Of a stretch of 64,000 nucleotides of DNA, positions 11,535-24,539 are shown piece after piece. Numbering within the stretch: the stretch's first letter is position 1; each line of letters begins with the position of its first letter. The notes below the pieces were generated by a model that was not told the origin of the DNA, made no database searches, and saw only the letters and a list, made by a program, of their open reading frames with translations. This DNA comes from Octopus sinensis (taxonomy: Eukaryota), in assembly GCF_006345805.1 (NCBI RefSeq), contig NC_042997.1:205592001-205656000 (forward strand), read 5' to 3'. The position numbers and the translations under genes are program-made.

Positions 11535-12380
11535 ATCATCATCATCATCATCATCATTTAGCGTCTGCTTTCCATGCTACCATGGGTTGGACGGTTCAAC
11601 TGGGGTCTGGGAAGCCAGAAGGCTGCACCAGGCTCCAGTCTGATCTGGCAAAGTTTCTACAGCTACATGCCCTTCCTAATGCCAACCACCCCGTGAGTGT
11701 AGTGGGTGCTTTTTACGTGCCACACGAGGTTGGCAAACGGCCACGATCGGATGGTGCTTTTTACGTGCCACCGGCACGGGAGCCAGACAAGGCTGGCAAC
11801 GGCCACAATCGGATGGTGCTTTTTACGTGCCACCGATACGAGGCCAGTCGGGGCGGCGCTAGCAACGGCCACGTTCGGATAGTTCTCTTACGTACCACCA
11901 GCACTGGTATCACAGCTACAATTTCCATTGATGTTGATCGATTTTGATTTTGATTTTCTCTTGCCTCAACAGGTCTTCACAAGTAGAGTTTTGTGTCCCA
12001 AGAAGGAAAGGTATGCATAATTGGACTGGCTACATTCCAGGTAGAGGCCATGGGTTATGGTCTCACTTGTCCTGCTGGGTCTTCTCACGCACAGCATACT
12101 TCCAAAGGTCTTGGTCTCTAGTCATTTCCTCAGTGAGACCTAAAGTTCGAAGGTCGTGCTTCACCACCTCGTCCCAGGTCTTCCTGGGTCTGCCTCTTCC
12201 ACAGGTTCCCTTAAACGCTAAGGTGTGGCACTTTTTTACACAACTATCTTCATCCATTCTCGCCACATGACCATACCAGCGCAAACGTCTCTCTTGCACA
12301 CCACAACTGATGCTTCTCAGGTCCAACTTTTCTCTCAAGGTACTTGCACTCTGTCAAGTATGAACACTGACATTACATTA
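11535..12380 (-). mobile_element. 5'-truncated RTE LINE (RT C-terminus + 3' UTR + tail)
   Basis: ORF 12063-12338 reads LRWYGHVARMDED...GRGRPRKTWDEVVKHDL, followed by the shared tail. Confidence 0.9.
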
Positions 12381-12399
12381 TTATATATGATAATTTATT

Positions 12400-14260
12400 T
12401 ATTAAGAAATATCCAAGTTTAGAATTATTCAATATATTAATATAACATATAATAACATACTAATTTATACACTAATACTACTAAATTATATCTACAAGAA
12501 ATAAGTAGCATAAAATAAAATAAGGTTTTATATAAATGGACAATTAGCTAAACATATCATATAGGTAAATAAATTTATATTTGCTTTTAATTTTATATGA
12601 CTATTTACTATAAATTGAAGTTCAAATAATTATTAAGTAAAATATATCTATATTATATTTAAATTAATTTATATTACTATATTTTGATAAATTTATATAA
12701 TCATTTATTTATTAGCTAAACCTATTATATAGGTAATTTAATTTATGCTTACATTTAATTTTATGCTCATCCAATGAATTTAGCAATACATATTTATTAC
12801 TAAATAATATTTCCTTAAATTCATTATTACAGAATAAACAAGAATTACTCTCTATACAATAAGATTTTGCCTTGCAAATTTTCTCCCAAGTTTATTTATA
12901 TTTAATACATTTAGATTTAAGTTCCCAAATATATTTACTGAGGCCTGTTGAATTTATTAGATTTCTATTCCTAGAAGAATACATATGTTGAGCTACTCTT
13001 AATTTAATTTTATTCGAAGTCCACCCTATATAAATAGCGTTTAAATTATAATCATTCAAATTATTATCATCCACTAAAGTTACCATACATTTACAAACTA
13101 CATTATCCAAATTACAATTATTATAAATTTAAATGTAGCCTTATCTCTACATGTACAATAAATTATATCATGGTCTTTATTATTATTATTATTATTGGAA
13201 TCATTATCTAATTTATTTTTGTAGAATTAATTTAATTTAAATTTATTAAAGGAAGGAATAATATTACCAACAGTATTAGTAATTTAATACCCAACACAAA
13301 AATTATTGTTAGAAAAAATGTTTTAATATTTTTTATTATCCCTAATGAATATGTCAATTATATTTAAAAAATTTTTAATAACATTTGTTTTTACCTTATT
13401 TTTCATATTATTATTATTATATTTTTTGTAATATTATTAAATTTATTATCATCAATAATTGAATAAAATTTCATCTTATTTTATTTTTATTTTTACTTAT
13501 ATGATTATTAATATTTTTATTTTCATTTTTTTATCCATTATTAAATATATGTTTTATATTATCAAAATACCTATTATTATTAAGACCATAGTTACCTAAA
13601 TAAAACTTATCATAATTCAGATAATTAGGTTTATCATTATAAAAATCATTTATATTAGACTCCTTCAAATTATAATTATGTTTACAAGTATTAAAGAATT
13701 TAATATTATTATTATTATATACTGCTTCATGCAGGGCTTTATTATAATAAGGTGCATTTTTATTTAAAATCTCTATATCATAAGAAGGTAATGATATTCT
13801 TTTACCTACATTATTTATCAATGATTTTTTAACAGAAGTTGGATGATTACTATAAGCATTAATATATCTAAGATTTTCATTAATTTTATGGAATGGTTGG
13901 GTTTTGCCCGTTATTAAATTAAAATTAACATCTAAATAATTAACATCTAAATAATTAACATCTAAATAATTAACATTATAATTCTCATTATAAATAGTAA
14001 TCTTTTAAAGAAATTACAAAGTTTCTTGTATAATTCAAATTTTCTATTTGTACAATTCTTAGTCAATAATAAAAGGTCATCCCTATATAAACCACCCTCC
14101 AATTTTAAATTTTCTAATTGAAGTTCTCATAATAAATAAATACCTACTAAATCAGTAGCCTATGCAGAATCTGGTGCCCCCATAGGTATATCAAAACAGT
14201 TCCTAGTATCCTTCCTCACCCATAATGACTACACGAAACGCGTGTAGTCATCTTACCAAA
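12400..14260 (-). mobile_element. AT-rich decayed Penelope-like element (RT + C-terminal GIY-YIG)
   Basis: FDIPMGAPDSA near 14.2 kb, thumb region INNVGKRISL...YNKALHE, and AIYIGWTSNKIKLRVAQH...STGLSKYIWELK (ORF 12892-13110). Confidence 0.8.
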
Positions 14261-14413
14261 TATATACGCTTTATTTATTATTTTGTACATTACTTAATTA
14301 TTGGTATATGTTTTTATTTTATATTTTATTTTTTCCTATAGGATGTAATTTTTTCTATATGGTGTAAGTAAATTTTTTTCATTATTGAATTGACAAAAGG
14401 AGGTCTTTTTCTA

Positions 14414-14476
<63 letters not shown>

Positions 14477-14491
14477 CATACATACATACAT

Positions 14492-14650
14492 ACGACAGGT
14501 TTCTTTCAGTTTCCCTCTACCAAATCCACTCACAAGGCTTTGGTCAGCCCGACGCTATTGTAGAAGACACCTGCCCAAGGTGCCACGCAGTAGGACTGAA
14601 CACGGAACCATGTGGTTGGTAAGCAAGCTACTTACCATATAGCCACTCCT
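14492..14650 (-). mobile_element. SINE head (same family as 8827-9207)
   Basis: Reverse complement of the SINE 5' half, next to (TA)n/(CATA)n. Confidence 0.8.
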
Positions 14651-14656
14651 AAGCCA

Positions 14657-14699
<43 letters not shown>

Positions 14700-15559
14700 A
14701 GAAAAAATGGAGCAGATGTAACAATTAGAAGTTGATCATTAGTATTGAATAATCATAGGTTAATTAAGGTTAAAATAACATTTACACCTTTTTCAGTTTG
14801 TTATTTTTGAAGTTAACCTGCATTTATTACGTTCCATGTAACAAACATCAGAATGATTTGAACTTTATGAGAAGAATATTAACAAGAGAACGAAGGTTGA
14901 CAGAAGAAAAAAGAAAAAATTGTTAGATCTTTAGGCTTACATTTTTGTCTCCTTAAAAGATAGCTCGTGTGCGTACAGTTGCTTCAAGTAGATGAATGGG
15001 AGAAATGACCAGTTGACCGCCGTGTTAGTCGAAAGTGCTATACCTGGCAGTAATATCTGGTGCCATTAATCGCAGCATATAACGCTATTTGAACCCTTTG
15101 TGTAAGTCCCTATGATTAGAAATAATGCCCTAGTTAAAAATTAAGGATTCCATTAAAAGTTTGAGTGCGATATATGGTATAAATCTGGGTTACATAAATA
15201 GGTATAACAAATAAATAAAGTGCTGTTATGTGTGGCCAGGGTTTACTACTCGTTAATACAATTAAAACAAATCAACTCAGTTAGAATTATATAACATGCT
15301 CTTTTAATCGTATATATGTTAATTGCAACGCAAGCAGTTAGTATGTTAGTGATTTAACGTTAATGTGAATATTATTAAAGAGAATTATAGCTGCGAGTGT
15401 ACATCGTGCATCTAAGGTGAATAATTCAGTGAGTCAAAGTAATTTGAATACAATGGTAATTCATGATAAAAGGTGGTATGTAGTAAAGGGTATGGTCAAA
15501 GGTTAGACAAGTCAGCTAATAAACTGTAATGTAAAGATAGGTATTAGCGGTATTTAGAG

Positions 15560-18290
15560 AAAACCTTGTCTTTATGTAAGCATGCTTGGTTTTTCTCGTC
15601 TTGTTTATTTAGTAATTCTGATTTGGCCATTAAAATGAAAAGATTTCTCGTTTATGCATAAATTTCAACGTTTATTTTTAAGGTCGTATGAAGATGTTTT
15701 GGTAAAGATGTGCTGTTCTAATCTATAATGTTATTATCTTTAAGTTCCCAGATGTAAGTGTTTAATATGGTAGAATTAGCTTTATTTCTATTCTTGAAGC
15801 TTGAGAGATGGGAATTATTTCTAAGTTTCATTTCATTTTTAGTTGCTCCTATATAAGTCTTGTTATAATTATTGGAGAATACATCTCATTACATTCTTAG
15901 TTTTACATTCATTTATGAATTCACAAGTATTTTCATCTCTGCAACCACATAGATTAGTAAGATTTTATGTGCTTGTAATATGGTAAGCGGGATTATCTTT
16001 TATAAGGTGGTTGTCCGTATTTTTAGAGGGCGAGTTATTTGGGGGATCGCTTATTATATCAATCTATTGGTTGTTGTAGTTATTATTGTGGTTCTTCCTA
16101 GTTTCGTAGAAAGAGTCTAGCTTTGTATTGTTAATAGAGGCTGTAATAGTAGCTAGGTTGCTAATTTGCTTATGGCCTATTCTAATTTTATTACTAAAGA
16201 TTTCTGAGCATTTCTTATTCATATTAAAATGCCTATGTATAAGGCTCATTCTAGATTTAACTATATTGGTTTTTAGTTGCATCGCGAAGGGGATTATTAG
16301 CCAGATGTTATCATTTTCCCGCTTGTTATTCTTAATATTTTTTTTTTATGTAAAATCTGCCCCAGTATTATTGTAGATCGTAAATTTATGGTAATAATTA
16401 TTATTGTTCTTCCTGTTGTTATTTTATTGCTATCAGCTTTGTTAGGATTGATCCTATTTGATTTATTTATTTTAGTTTCCTTGGCATTATAATTGCTAAC
16501 AAGGACTTTATTGGTTCTTTTAGATGTTTTATTATTACTATTAGAAAATGTTTACTCGTTTTTGGGGTAGCTGTAAAGTGAACCATGCCATTGTTTGATT
16601 GATTACCGCAGCACTGAGAACCCATTGAAAGAGGATAGAGAAGGGGAGACGAAGAGGGAGGCAGGCAAGCTCGCCAAAATTCCAACATGTGAGCGAATTT
16701 ATGTACAGAACTAGATTTGATGGGGGGACGTAGCATAGCTAAGATATGGAAATTTATGAAATTTTAAGAATATCTTCGGTAAGTTAGGACATCATAGCTA
16801 AGATATCGACGTTTATAAATAATAGAATATAATATCTATAAACATCCCAAAGTTTAAGCGAACAAAGAAAGTACTAGAAAAGCTTGCTCATTTTGGGGGA
16901 GCTGTAAAGTGAACCATGCCATTGTTTGAATGATTTCAGCAGTACTAAGAACCTATTGGAAGAGGAGAGAGAGATAGAGGGGGGAGGCGGGCAAGCTCGC
17001 AAAAATTCCAGTGTATGGGCGAATTTATGTACAGAACTCAAGACTTTTGGGAGGTGGGGGACGTAGCATAGCTAAGATATGGAAATTTATGAAACTTTAA
17101 GAGTATCTTCGGCAAGTTGGGACATCATAGCTAATGTTATTAATATTGTTAAGGATCTTATTGTTCTTCCTACTATTTTTATTATTACTACAATTATTGT
17201 TATATAATTTTTATGATTATTATCATAGACATTGTGACTATTATTACTATTATTATAATTATAGATATTTTTATTATTCGGGCTATTTTTATTAAGCTCC
17301 GAGTAAAGGTAATTAATTTTTTGCTTATGCAATATTATAGATATCTTCGTTAGACTAGAGATACGAAATTCTTTTACTAATGCTCTGAACAAGTCCTCTT
17401 TTTATAAAGTTTGGGTGGTTGTTGTGCATTTATATATTTGAGGTGGTATTAGGTTTAATGTATGGTTCGTTTAAATGACAATTGACGTCTAAATAGTTAA
17501 TAAAATGATACTCTTTTCTATTGTGATAGTTAATACAAACCGTTTAAAGAACTTGTATAATTTTTCTTTAATAGTTCAAGCCTCCTATTAGAGGTGTTTT
17601 TAAGGATAAATAGTGCATCATCTCTGTAAAGGCCTCCCCTAATCTCTGGGAATTCATCGTGTAAATAGGTAAATACGCACTAAATTAGATACCTGTGCCG
17701 AGTCTGGAGCCCCCATTATGATGTCGAAATAATTGGCGGCGTCCTTCCTTACCTACTGCTCATTATCGAATTTTATAGATTTCCTAGCTTCTATGATTAC
17801 CTTAATTTGATTCATAGTCAATTTGGTGTTTTTAGCGAAAATCAGAACGCTATTTAGGACCGCAGGATTAATTGATGAATAGTAGTTGTCTATGTCCATT
17901 TGTAAGAATTTATAACTATTTTTATTCTGTATGTAGGGCATCGTGGGTATTTGACCATAATTCTAGAGTAATCTTATTTATTTTATTGGAGGAATATATT
18001 TATCTAAGATTAATTTACTTAGCTTGTATAGGTCAGATTTATTAGAACAGATTAGTCTAACTTTAATGTCCGTTAAGAAATTTCCTTTGTGGTCCTTGAT
18101 TGTTATGCGACGTCTGGAAGGAGCGAAAGGTTCAATTTTCTCTTCTATGTTATAATCAGTCATAATATTCTTGGCGGATAAGTTCATAAATCTTATATTA
18201 AAGTCTATTTGCCAACATAAAGTGGCAATCCTACTAAGGACGATGCTACTACTGTTTATCCCTAGAGAAATACCAAAATATTTTCATGGG
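15560..18290 (-). mobile_element. AT-rich decayed Penelope-like element (RT + Cys-rich linker + GIY-YIG)
   Basis: ITIKDHKGNF...RLI (ORF 17978-18187), MDIDNYYSSI, FDIIMGAPDSA, YRDD, then CGCRDENTC and TYIGATKN...YIWELK near 15.8-15.95 kb. Confidence 0.85.
16541..17134. repeat. Two ~260-bp direct repeats (period ~331 bp) interrupting the PLE ORF
   Basis: gctgtaaagtgaaccatgccattgtttga...ggacatcatagctaa at 16541-16801 and 16874-17134. Confidence 0.85.
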
Positions 18291-18415
18291 GCTAAACAGT
18301 AGTAACTAAACAGGACTGTTATTTTACGTTGGCAAACAGACTTTAATATACAGTACTGTTACTACTTATTTCTCTCTCAGAGATTTAAAACCAGTTGTGT
18401 TTCTCTTTATGTATG

Positions 18416-18925
18416 TATACGTGTGTATAAAATTACACACAAAGAGGAGAGCCATTAAGTGGTCTCCTTGCATGATGAAAAGAGATGTCAAATCTCAAAC
18501 TACGGAAAAACATTTTTATTTATAGCACGTTGAATGTAGGCGGGCAAGACATTTTGAAAGAATTAAGACCAGTTATTCCTATACCTCGAAGTTTCATCAT
18601 TAATCACTAAATTAATTAATCACTTATTTAATCAAGTACGTGTTGCCTTTGGGATATGGTATATATTTGAATTTTATACTTATACGTCCCCAGCAGTTTC
18701 TAATGAAGATCCATAGAATGATTTATTTATTTATTCAATCATTAATGGTGATACTTCGAGGTATAGGAATAACTGGTCTTTTTAATTCTTTCAAATTGTC
18801 TTGCATGACTACATCCAACGTGCTATAAATAAAAACGTTTTTCATGGCTTGGAGATTTGTTTTCAGCATGCAAGAAGACCACTTAGTGGTTCTCCTCTTC
18901 CTGCGTAATTTTATACACACGTATA
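18416..18925. repeat. Foldback/MITE-like element with ~200-bp imperfect inverted arms
   Basis: 18416-~18612 is the reverse complement of ~18735-18925 (e.g. gaccagttattcctatacctcgaag / cttcgaggtataggaataactggtc). Confidence 0.85.
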
Positions 18926-19009
18926 TATTATGAAAATATTTATGGTCTACACACATTTTTTGCGCAAGCTAGCCATAAATACAAATTATTATTTTTAATA
19001 ATTTTTAAC

Positions 19010-19064
<55 letters not shown>

Positions 19065-19065
<1 letters not shown>

Positions 19066-19341
19066 AAAGTAAAAGAGTCAAAAGGAAGAGTAAGTACGGT
19101 TGGAAGCTCTTTAATAATCACTACGAATGTGTCGATACATACAGATCGACATATATACAGGATTTATATTTAAATTAAATTATGTAACAATTTACCTGTG
19201 TAAGAAGATATCTATGTGTCTCCTCGGGAAATACTCAGTTGCTGTCTCTGTAAGTAAATCTAGATTTACATGCTACCAGAGCCATGGTTCCTTTCAAAGG
19301 AGCCAACCGTACTTACTCTTCCTTTTGACTCTTTTACTTAT
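19065..19341. repeat. MITE-like element with a perfect 39-bp terminal inverted repeat
   Basis: TAAAGTAAAAGAGTCAAAAGGAAGAGTAAGTACGGTTGG at 19065-19103; exact reverse complement at 19303-19341. Confidence 0.9.
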
Positions 19342-19625
19342 AATTTTCACACATAAGGAATACCCAAGACTAGAATTGGTAGCATACCAAAATAATACTA
19401 CCAGCTATTTAGGAATTCTAAGAGTGAACAAGCTCTATTTATTTAGCATTAACTAAAGTAGGAGACAATAAAGGAAGTATAGTATATATCCTGCTGTTAT
19501 AATGGTTAAATTATTTAAGTATTATTATTAAAGGATACCACAAGTTTACCTTCAGATATACACATTAGGTTATTTTTTGTATTATCTGATATATAATACC
19601 CACATATCTATTAACCCCAAAACTG

Positions 19626-19691
<66 letters not shown>

Positions 19692-19693
<2 letters not shown>

Positions 19694-20012
19694 GGTTGCG
19701 GGTTCAGTCCCACTGCGTGGCATCTTGGGCAAGTGTCTTCTGCTATAGCCCCGGGCCGACCAATGCCTTGTGAGTGGATTTGGTAGACGGAAACTGAAAG
19801 AAGCCTGTCGTATATATGTATATATATGTATATGTGTGTGTGTTTGTGTGTCTGTGTTTGTCCCCCTAGCATTGCTTGACAACCGATGCTGGTGTGTTTA
19901 GGTCCCCGTCACTTAGCGGTTCGGCAAAAAGAGACCGATAGAATAAGTACTAAAAGGTGGTGCTCCAGCATGGCCGCAGTCAAATGACTGAAACAAGTAA
20001 AAGAGTAAAGAG
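19692..20012 (+). mobile_element. CORE-type SINE (5'-truncated)
   Basis: Matches 8827-9207, including the ggtgctccagcatggccgcagtcaaatgactgaaacaagtaaaagag tail. Confidence 0.8.
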
Positions 20013-20748
20013 TATATATTAGCGTCATGCAAGCATGAAGTCAGGTCAAATTTTTCTCACGGTAAAACAATAGTTTTGTGTTAGTGACAGCAGTTACATT
20101 TACCAGACGCTTTCGCTAAGCAGAAGAATGTTTTTGCCACTCGACCCTTCTAACTTCTTCTATTTCACCAAAAGCTAGAATAGAGATAACAGGTACCACC
20201 AACGAAATCTATTGTTCTCAGCATTATGTCCATATTTCTAACTGGTTTTGGATAGTTATAAATACTAGAATTTGGCAAGGCAAAATTAGTGAACGGACAA
20301 CTAGAATCATAGTCACAAGCAGGCAGCCACTTGAGACCAAATGGCCAGAGGGAGAAAGGTTACAATCAGCCAACTATGAGACACGCTATAACTTGCACTA
20401 ACTCACTTTCTTTTCTCTGTAACATTACCATATCTCTCTATATATACTACTATGAGATCGTGTACACACATACAGACCGAAATTAACTATTTTAGCTTGC
20501 ATGCTTTTCCCGTCGTGGTTTTCGATATATACAAAGTAACAGTAAATAACTTTCTTTAAAACTTCGGTCGCTGTTCTTTTTTCATCTTGCATACTGGCAA
20601 CCAACACTACCGTTACAATTTGGTGACGCTCAACTGCAACGAAGAATTGTTACAATTGGTGACGACTCCGACGTTCAATCCTATTGTTTGTCAATTATTG
20701 TTAAACTGTTACAATTGGTAACCCCGACTTCAACTAAAAACATTACCG

Positions 20749-20749
<1 letters not shown>

Positions 20750-20835
<86 letters not shown>

Positions 20836-20857
20836 TATATATAAATGTATATATATA

Positions 20858-20930
<73 letters not shown>

Positions 20931-20945
20931 GTATATAAATATATG

Positions 20946-21010
<65 letters not shown>
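20750..21010. repeat. Compound (CATA)n/(TA)n/(CA)n microsatellite
   Basis: Direct inspection. Confidence 0.95.
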
Positions 21011-21014
<4 letters not shown>

Positions 21015-21048
21015 TTGCACGAAGCGTAAGGATACTTAAAAGAATACA

Positions 21049-21771
21049 CCTGCTAGAAATAAGGGCTAAAGTTTTAAATTAATCTACCGTACAGCACCAA
21101 GATAACAGAGAAAAACAGTATGCGAGGAAAACAGAAAGAATTAATACATTCAAAAGTACAAAATAAAAGATTATGCAGTTTCCTAAACTGCATAATCTTT
21201 TATGTCCACATACCCGGACTTCGGCTTTTGGATATTCAATCCTTGAGTCTCTTCAGTGTGAACTACCTAGTAAAAATTTACGACCGTCACATTAAACTCC
21301 GACTGTTATGTTAAACTCTGACAGTGCAACTGGTTTTGTTTTGCGCCAAAAAATAGAGCAGTGCAGAAAAATTATAAGCAAAACATTCAAGCACTAAGAT
21401 TTGAAATTAGATGTCACTATTGTTAATATCATCTGTGGATAAAGTTTAAAATTGATGATATCAACAGCAGTAACATAGGTGGTCCACAGGTAAATAGCAC
21501 TATTTAGCAATGAATTACAAATTTGCATGAAGCATAACGAGTTTAACATGACGGTCGTGAATTTTTACTAGGTAGTTCATACTGAGGAGGCTCAAAGATA
21601 GAATATCCAAAAGCCGAAGTCCGGCTATGTGGATGTCCTAAACTGCATAATATTTTATTTTATGTTTTTGAATATATAAATTCTTTCCTTTTTCCTCGCA
21701 TACTGTTTTTCTCTGTTATCTTGGTGCTGTACCGTGGTTTAATTAGGACTTTAGCTCTTATTTCTAGCAGG
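21049..21771. repeat. Foldback element with ~250-bp inverted arms
   Basis: 21049-~21318 is the reverse complement of ~21535-21771 (cctgctagaaataag...cttatttctagcagg). Confidence 0.88.
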
Positions 21772-21859
21772 AATATGCAAATTTGTAATTCATAGCTAAC
21801 TAATGCTATTTGCCTGCGGACCACCTGTATATATATTTATATATATAGGGAGAATTCAC

Positions 21860-22020
21860 GAAAAAAAAAACAAAAGACGAAGACAGGTGGTGTAGACAAC
21901 AAACAGATGTATTAGTATAACGCTCCGGAAGTGAAAAAGTCTTTAACGTTTCGAGCCTACACTCTTCCACAGAAAGAAACAAGGAGAGAAATAAAGAATG
22001 TGTAGTGGCTAGCAATCTAT
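21860..22020 (-). mobile_element. Penelope pLTR fragment (family of the 30.5-32.4 kb element)
   Basis: Reverse complement of ~32250-32410. Also present at ~27950-28060. Confidence 0.75.
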
Positions 22021-22033
22021 CATGTCAATATAT

Positions 22034-22072
<39 letters not shown>

Positions 22073-22174
22073 AACAAGGAGTTACAACACCTTTACTTGT
22101 GAGATTTTTGCTGCCCTGGTAACTATTTTTTTTCCGTGTTAATTGTTAACAAGGTAAAAATACACTCATCTATA

Positions 22175-22245
<71 letters not shown>

Positions 22246-23033
22246 CGAAAATGGGTCAAGAACGTAAAACATCCAGTTAGGTGATACAAAAAATGGACAA
22301 CAAAACAGCAAAACATCCAGATAAACGATACAAAGAAAACAAGGACGGGTCATTCGGAGTTTTCTTTCCTCAGTCGAGTTCCAGATTATCTTTGCAATTT
22401 CAGCTGGTTATACTCGAGATTGCTTCAATCTGGTCAGCCCCAAGGAAAAACTAAGCTAAGAGTATTAGATTCCTTGGAAGAAAGCAGCGAATGTATACGA
22501 AAACAAGGACAAAAAAAAACGGAGAATGTTACACAAATACAAATGCAAATAACAGGACATAACAACAGGTTTCTTTCAACCAAGGACGAATTAAATTAAG
22601 CTGGCTGGTGTGGAAGTAAAGCCTTACGGTAGGGACAAGATTTGTCAGGGATAGGGAGGAATATAGGTGTTGCACGGATGGAACCAAGAAAGAAAGGTCA
22701 GGCTTGGCCGAAGGCAAGTCACATGGGGAGAGAAGAGAGAAAGGTAGGGCCAAAGCAATAGAAGAATTAAAGAGGGACGAGAAAAAGGAAAAGAACACAG
22801 TGAATCGAAGGTGGGGGAAAGCAAGCATGAAGAGAACGCCAGGAAATATGAGAAAGGGGAAACGAAAGAACGAAGAGTGGAATGAACGAAGCTGGGTCTT
22901 CTCAAGCATAGAATATCTCCAAACGTCTCGATCACTTGTCATTGACTCTGTGAAGCCCAGGTCTTCTTGGGTCAACCTCTTCCACAGGTTTCCCCCACTG
23001 TTAGGGTGTGACACTTCTTCACACAGCTGTCCT

Positions 23034-23079
<46 letters not shown>

Positions 23080-23455
23080 CTAGCTGAAGGTGACCCGCTC
23101 TACGCGCGGGTAAGAGTGTGGTTGTTACTTTCTGTTGTTTCCTTTCAGCACGTAAAAAGCACCATCCGAACGTGGCCGATTGCAGCGCCGCCTTGACTTG
23201 CTTCTGTGCCGGTGGCACGTAAAAAGCACCAACCGATCGTTGCCGCTGCGAGCCCCCCTGGCACCTGTGCCGTCGGCACGAAAAAAGCACCCACTACACT
23301 CACAGAGTGGTTGGCGTTAGGAAGGTCATCCACCTGTAGAAACACTGCCAGATCAGACTGGAGCCTGGTGCAGCCTCCTGGCTTCCCAGACCCCGGTAAC
23401 ACTGTCCAACCCGTGCTAGCACGGAAAACGGACGTTATACGATGATGATGATTCT
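23080..23455 (+). mobile_element. RTE LINE 3' tail (an opposite-strand RT fragment lies at 22890-23035)
   Basis: Shared tail ending ggacgttatacgatgatgatg. Confidence 0.8.
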
Positions 23456-23744
23456 CCGTCTTTGTTTCTCTCTCCTTTCTCTCTCACTTTCCCACTCTCT
23501 TACTTTTCTTTTCTCTCGGACTCTCCCTCGCTTTCTCTTACTCTCTATCTTTATCTATCTCTCTCCCATTTATAAACAACAGAAGATCTTGAGTAAGTTG
23601 AGAAATAAAATATTTAGAAAGATCAATCATAAATATCAGGCAGTGGCAACGGAAAGGTCTGCTTCAAGGCAGACAGCAAAACGCTAACATTTAAAAGGGA
23701 CAGACGAACTTGCGAGCTGAATAAAAATAATAAAATATTGGAAA

Positions 23745-24030
23745 CCAAAGTTTGAAGGGATAGAATCTGAGGATAGTAGAGTCACCATGGCTGGCATTTC
23801 TTAACGACGGACAGCAACGTATTGACAGTTTAACGGCTGGCGTAAAATTTTGAACTTGATGTAAAAGAAAATTCGTAAACCCCAAGTTTTGAAGTGATTC
23901 TTTCTCACGACAGTAGACTCACCATGGCAAGCATTCAAGACTTCTTTATCATGAACGGCAACACATTGACGATTGAAAGGCTGGCGCAAATTTTTTAGCT
24001 TGATGTAACAGAGAATTCCTAAACACCCGC
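23745..24030. repeat. ~130-bp degenerate tandem repeat
   Basis: agtagagtcaccatggc...ggctggcgtaaaattttgaacttgatgtaa occurs twice. Confidence 0.7.
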
Positions 24031-24277
24031 TCCTTGAAATTTTAATCCCCTTCCAGCCCCATTTAGACCCCTTTTCACATTTTGGTTAATATAACCCGAT
24101 TTCATTCGGGTCTACTGGGGCCACATTTTATAAGATGAAGAATTTTGTCCTAGAGGTGACGCCTTTCATTTGAGGGAAAAAATAATTGTCATGCAAACTT
24201 TCCAGCACTTTTAACATAGGTGTGCATATTTTCAGCTGAATCAACCGACTACGTAATGCACACATTATATATATATG

Positions 24278-24322
<45 letters not shown>

Positions 24323-24539
24323 ATCTATGTTTTCCCCATCTATGTTTTTAACTTTTTGTTCATTGCTTAGTACTCTATGCTTAAGGACTTCTATTTCTGT
24401 CTTCATTTTATCCAGTGTAAGTTTCTCTCTTAATTTTCTTTGTTGATCCTCTCCTCATTTGGAATACGCTTAATTTCGAATTGATTACGCTTAATTTGGA
24501 ATACCAATCATCACTAAAAAAAATATAGCGCCTCTTTTA

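Noticed and set aside
12892-18187. Possible Naiad/Chlamys-type PLE with permuted domains or selenocysteine UGA codons
   Set aside because: Domain order is canonical (RT then C-terminal GIY-YIG), and the stops are mixed and accompanied by frameshifts, consistent with decay.
19577-23290. ORFs rich in YI/IY repeats, including the 253-aa ORF at 22529-23290
   Set aside because: Translations of (TA)n microsatellites joined to SINE, LINE and pLTR fragments; not genes.
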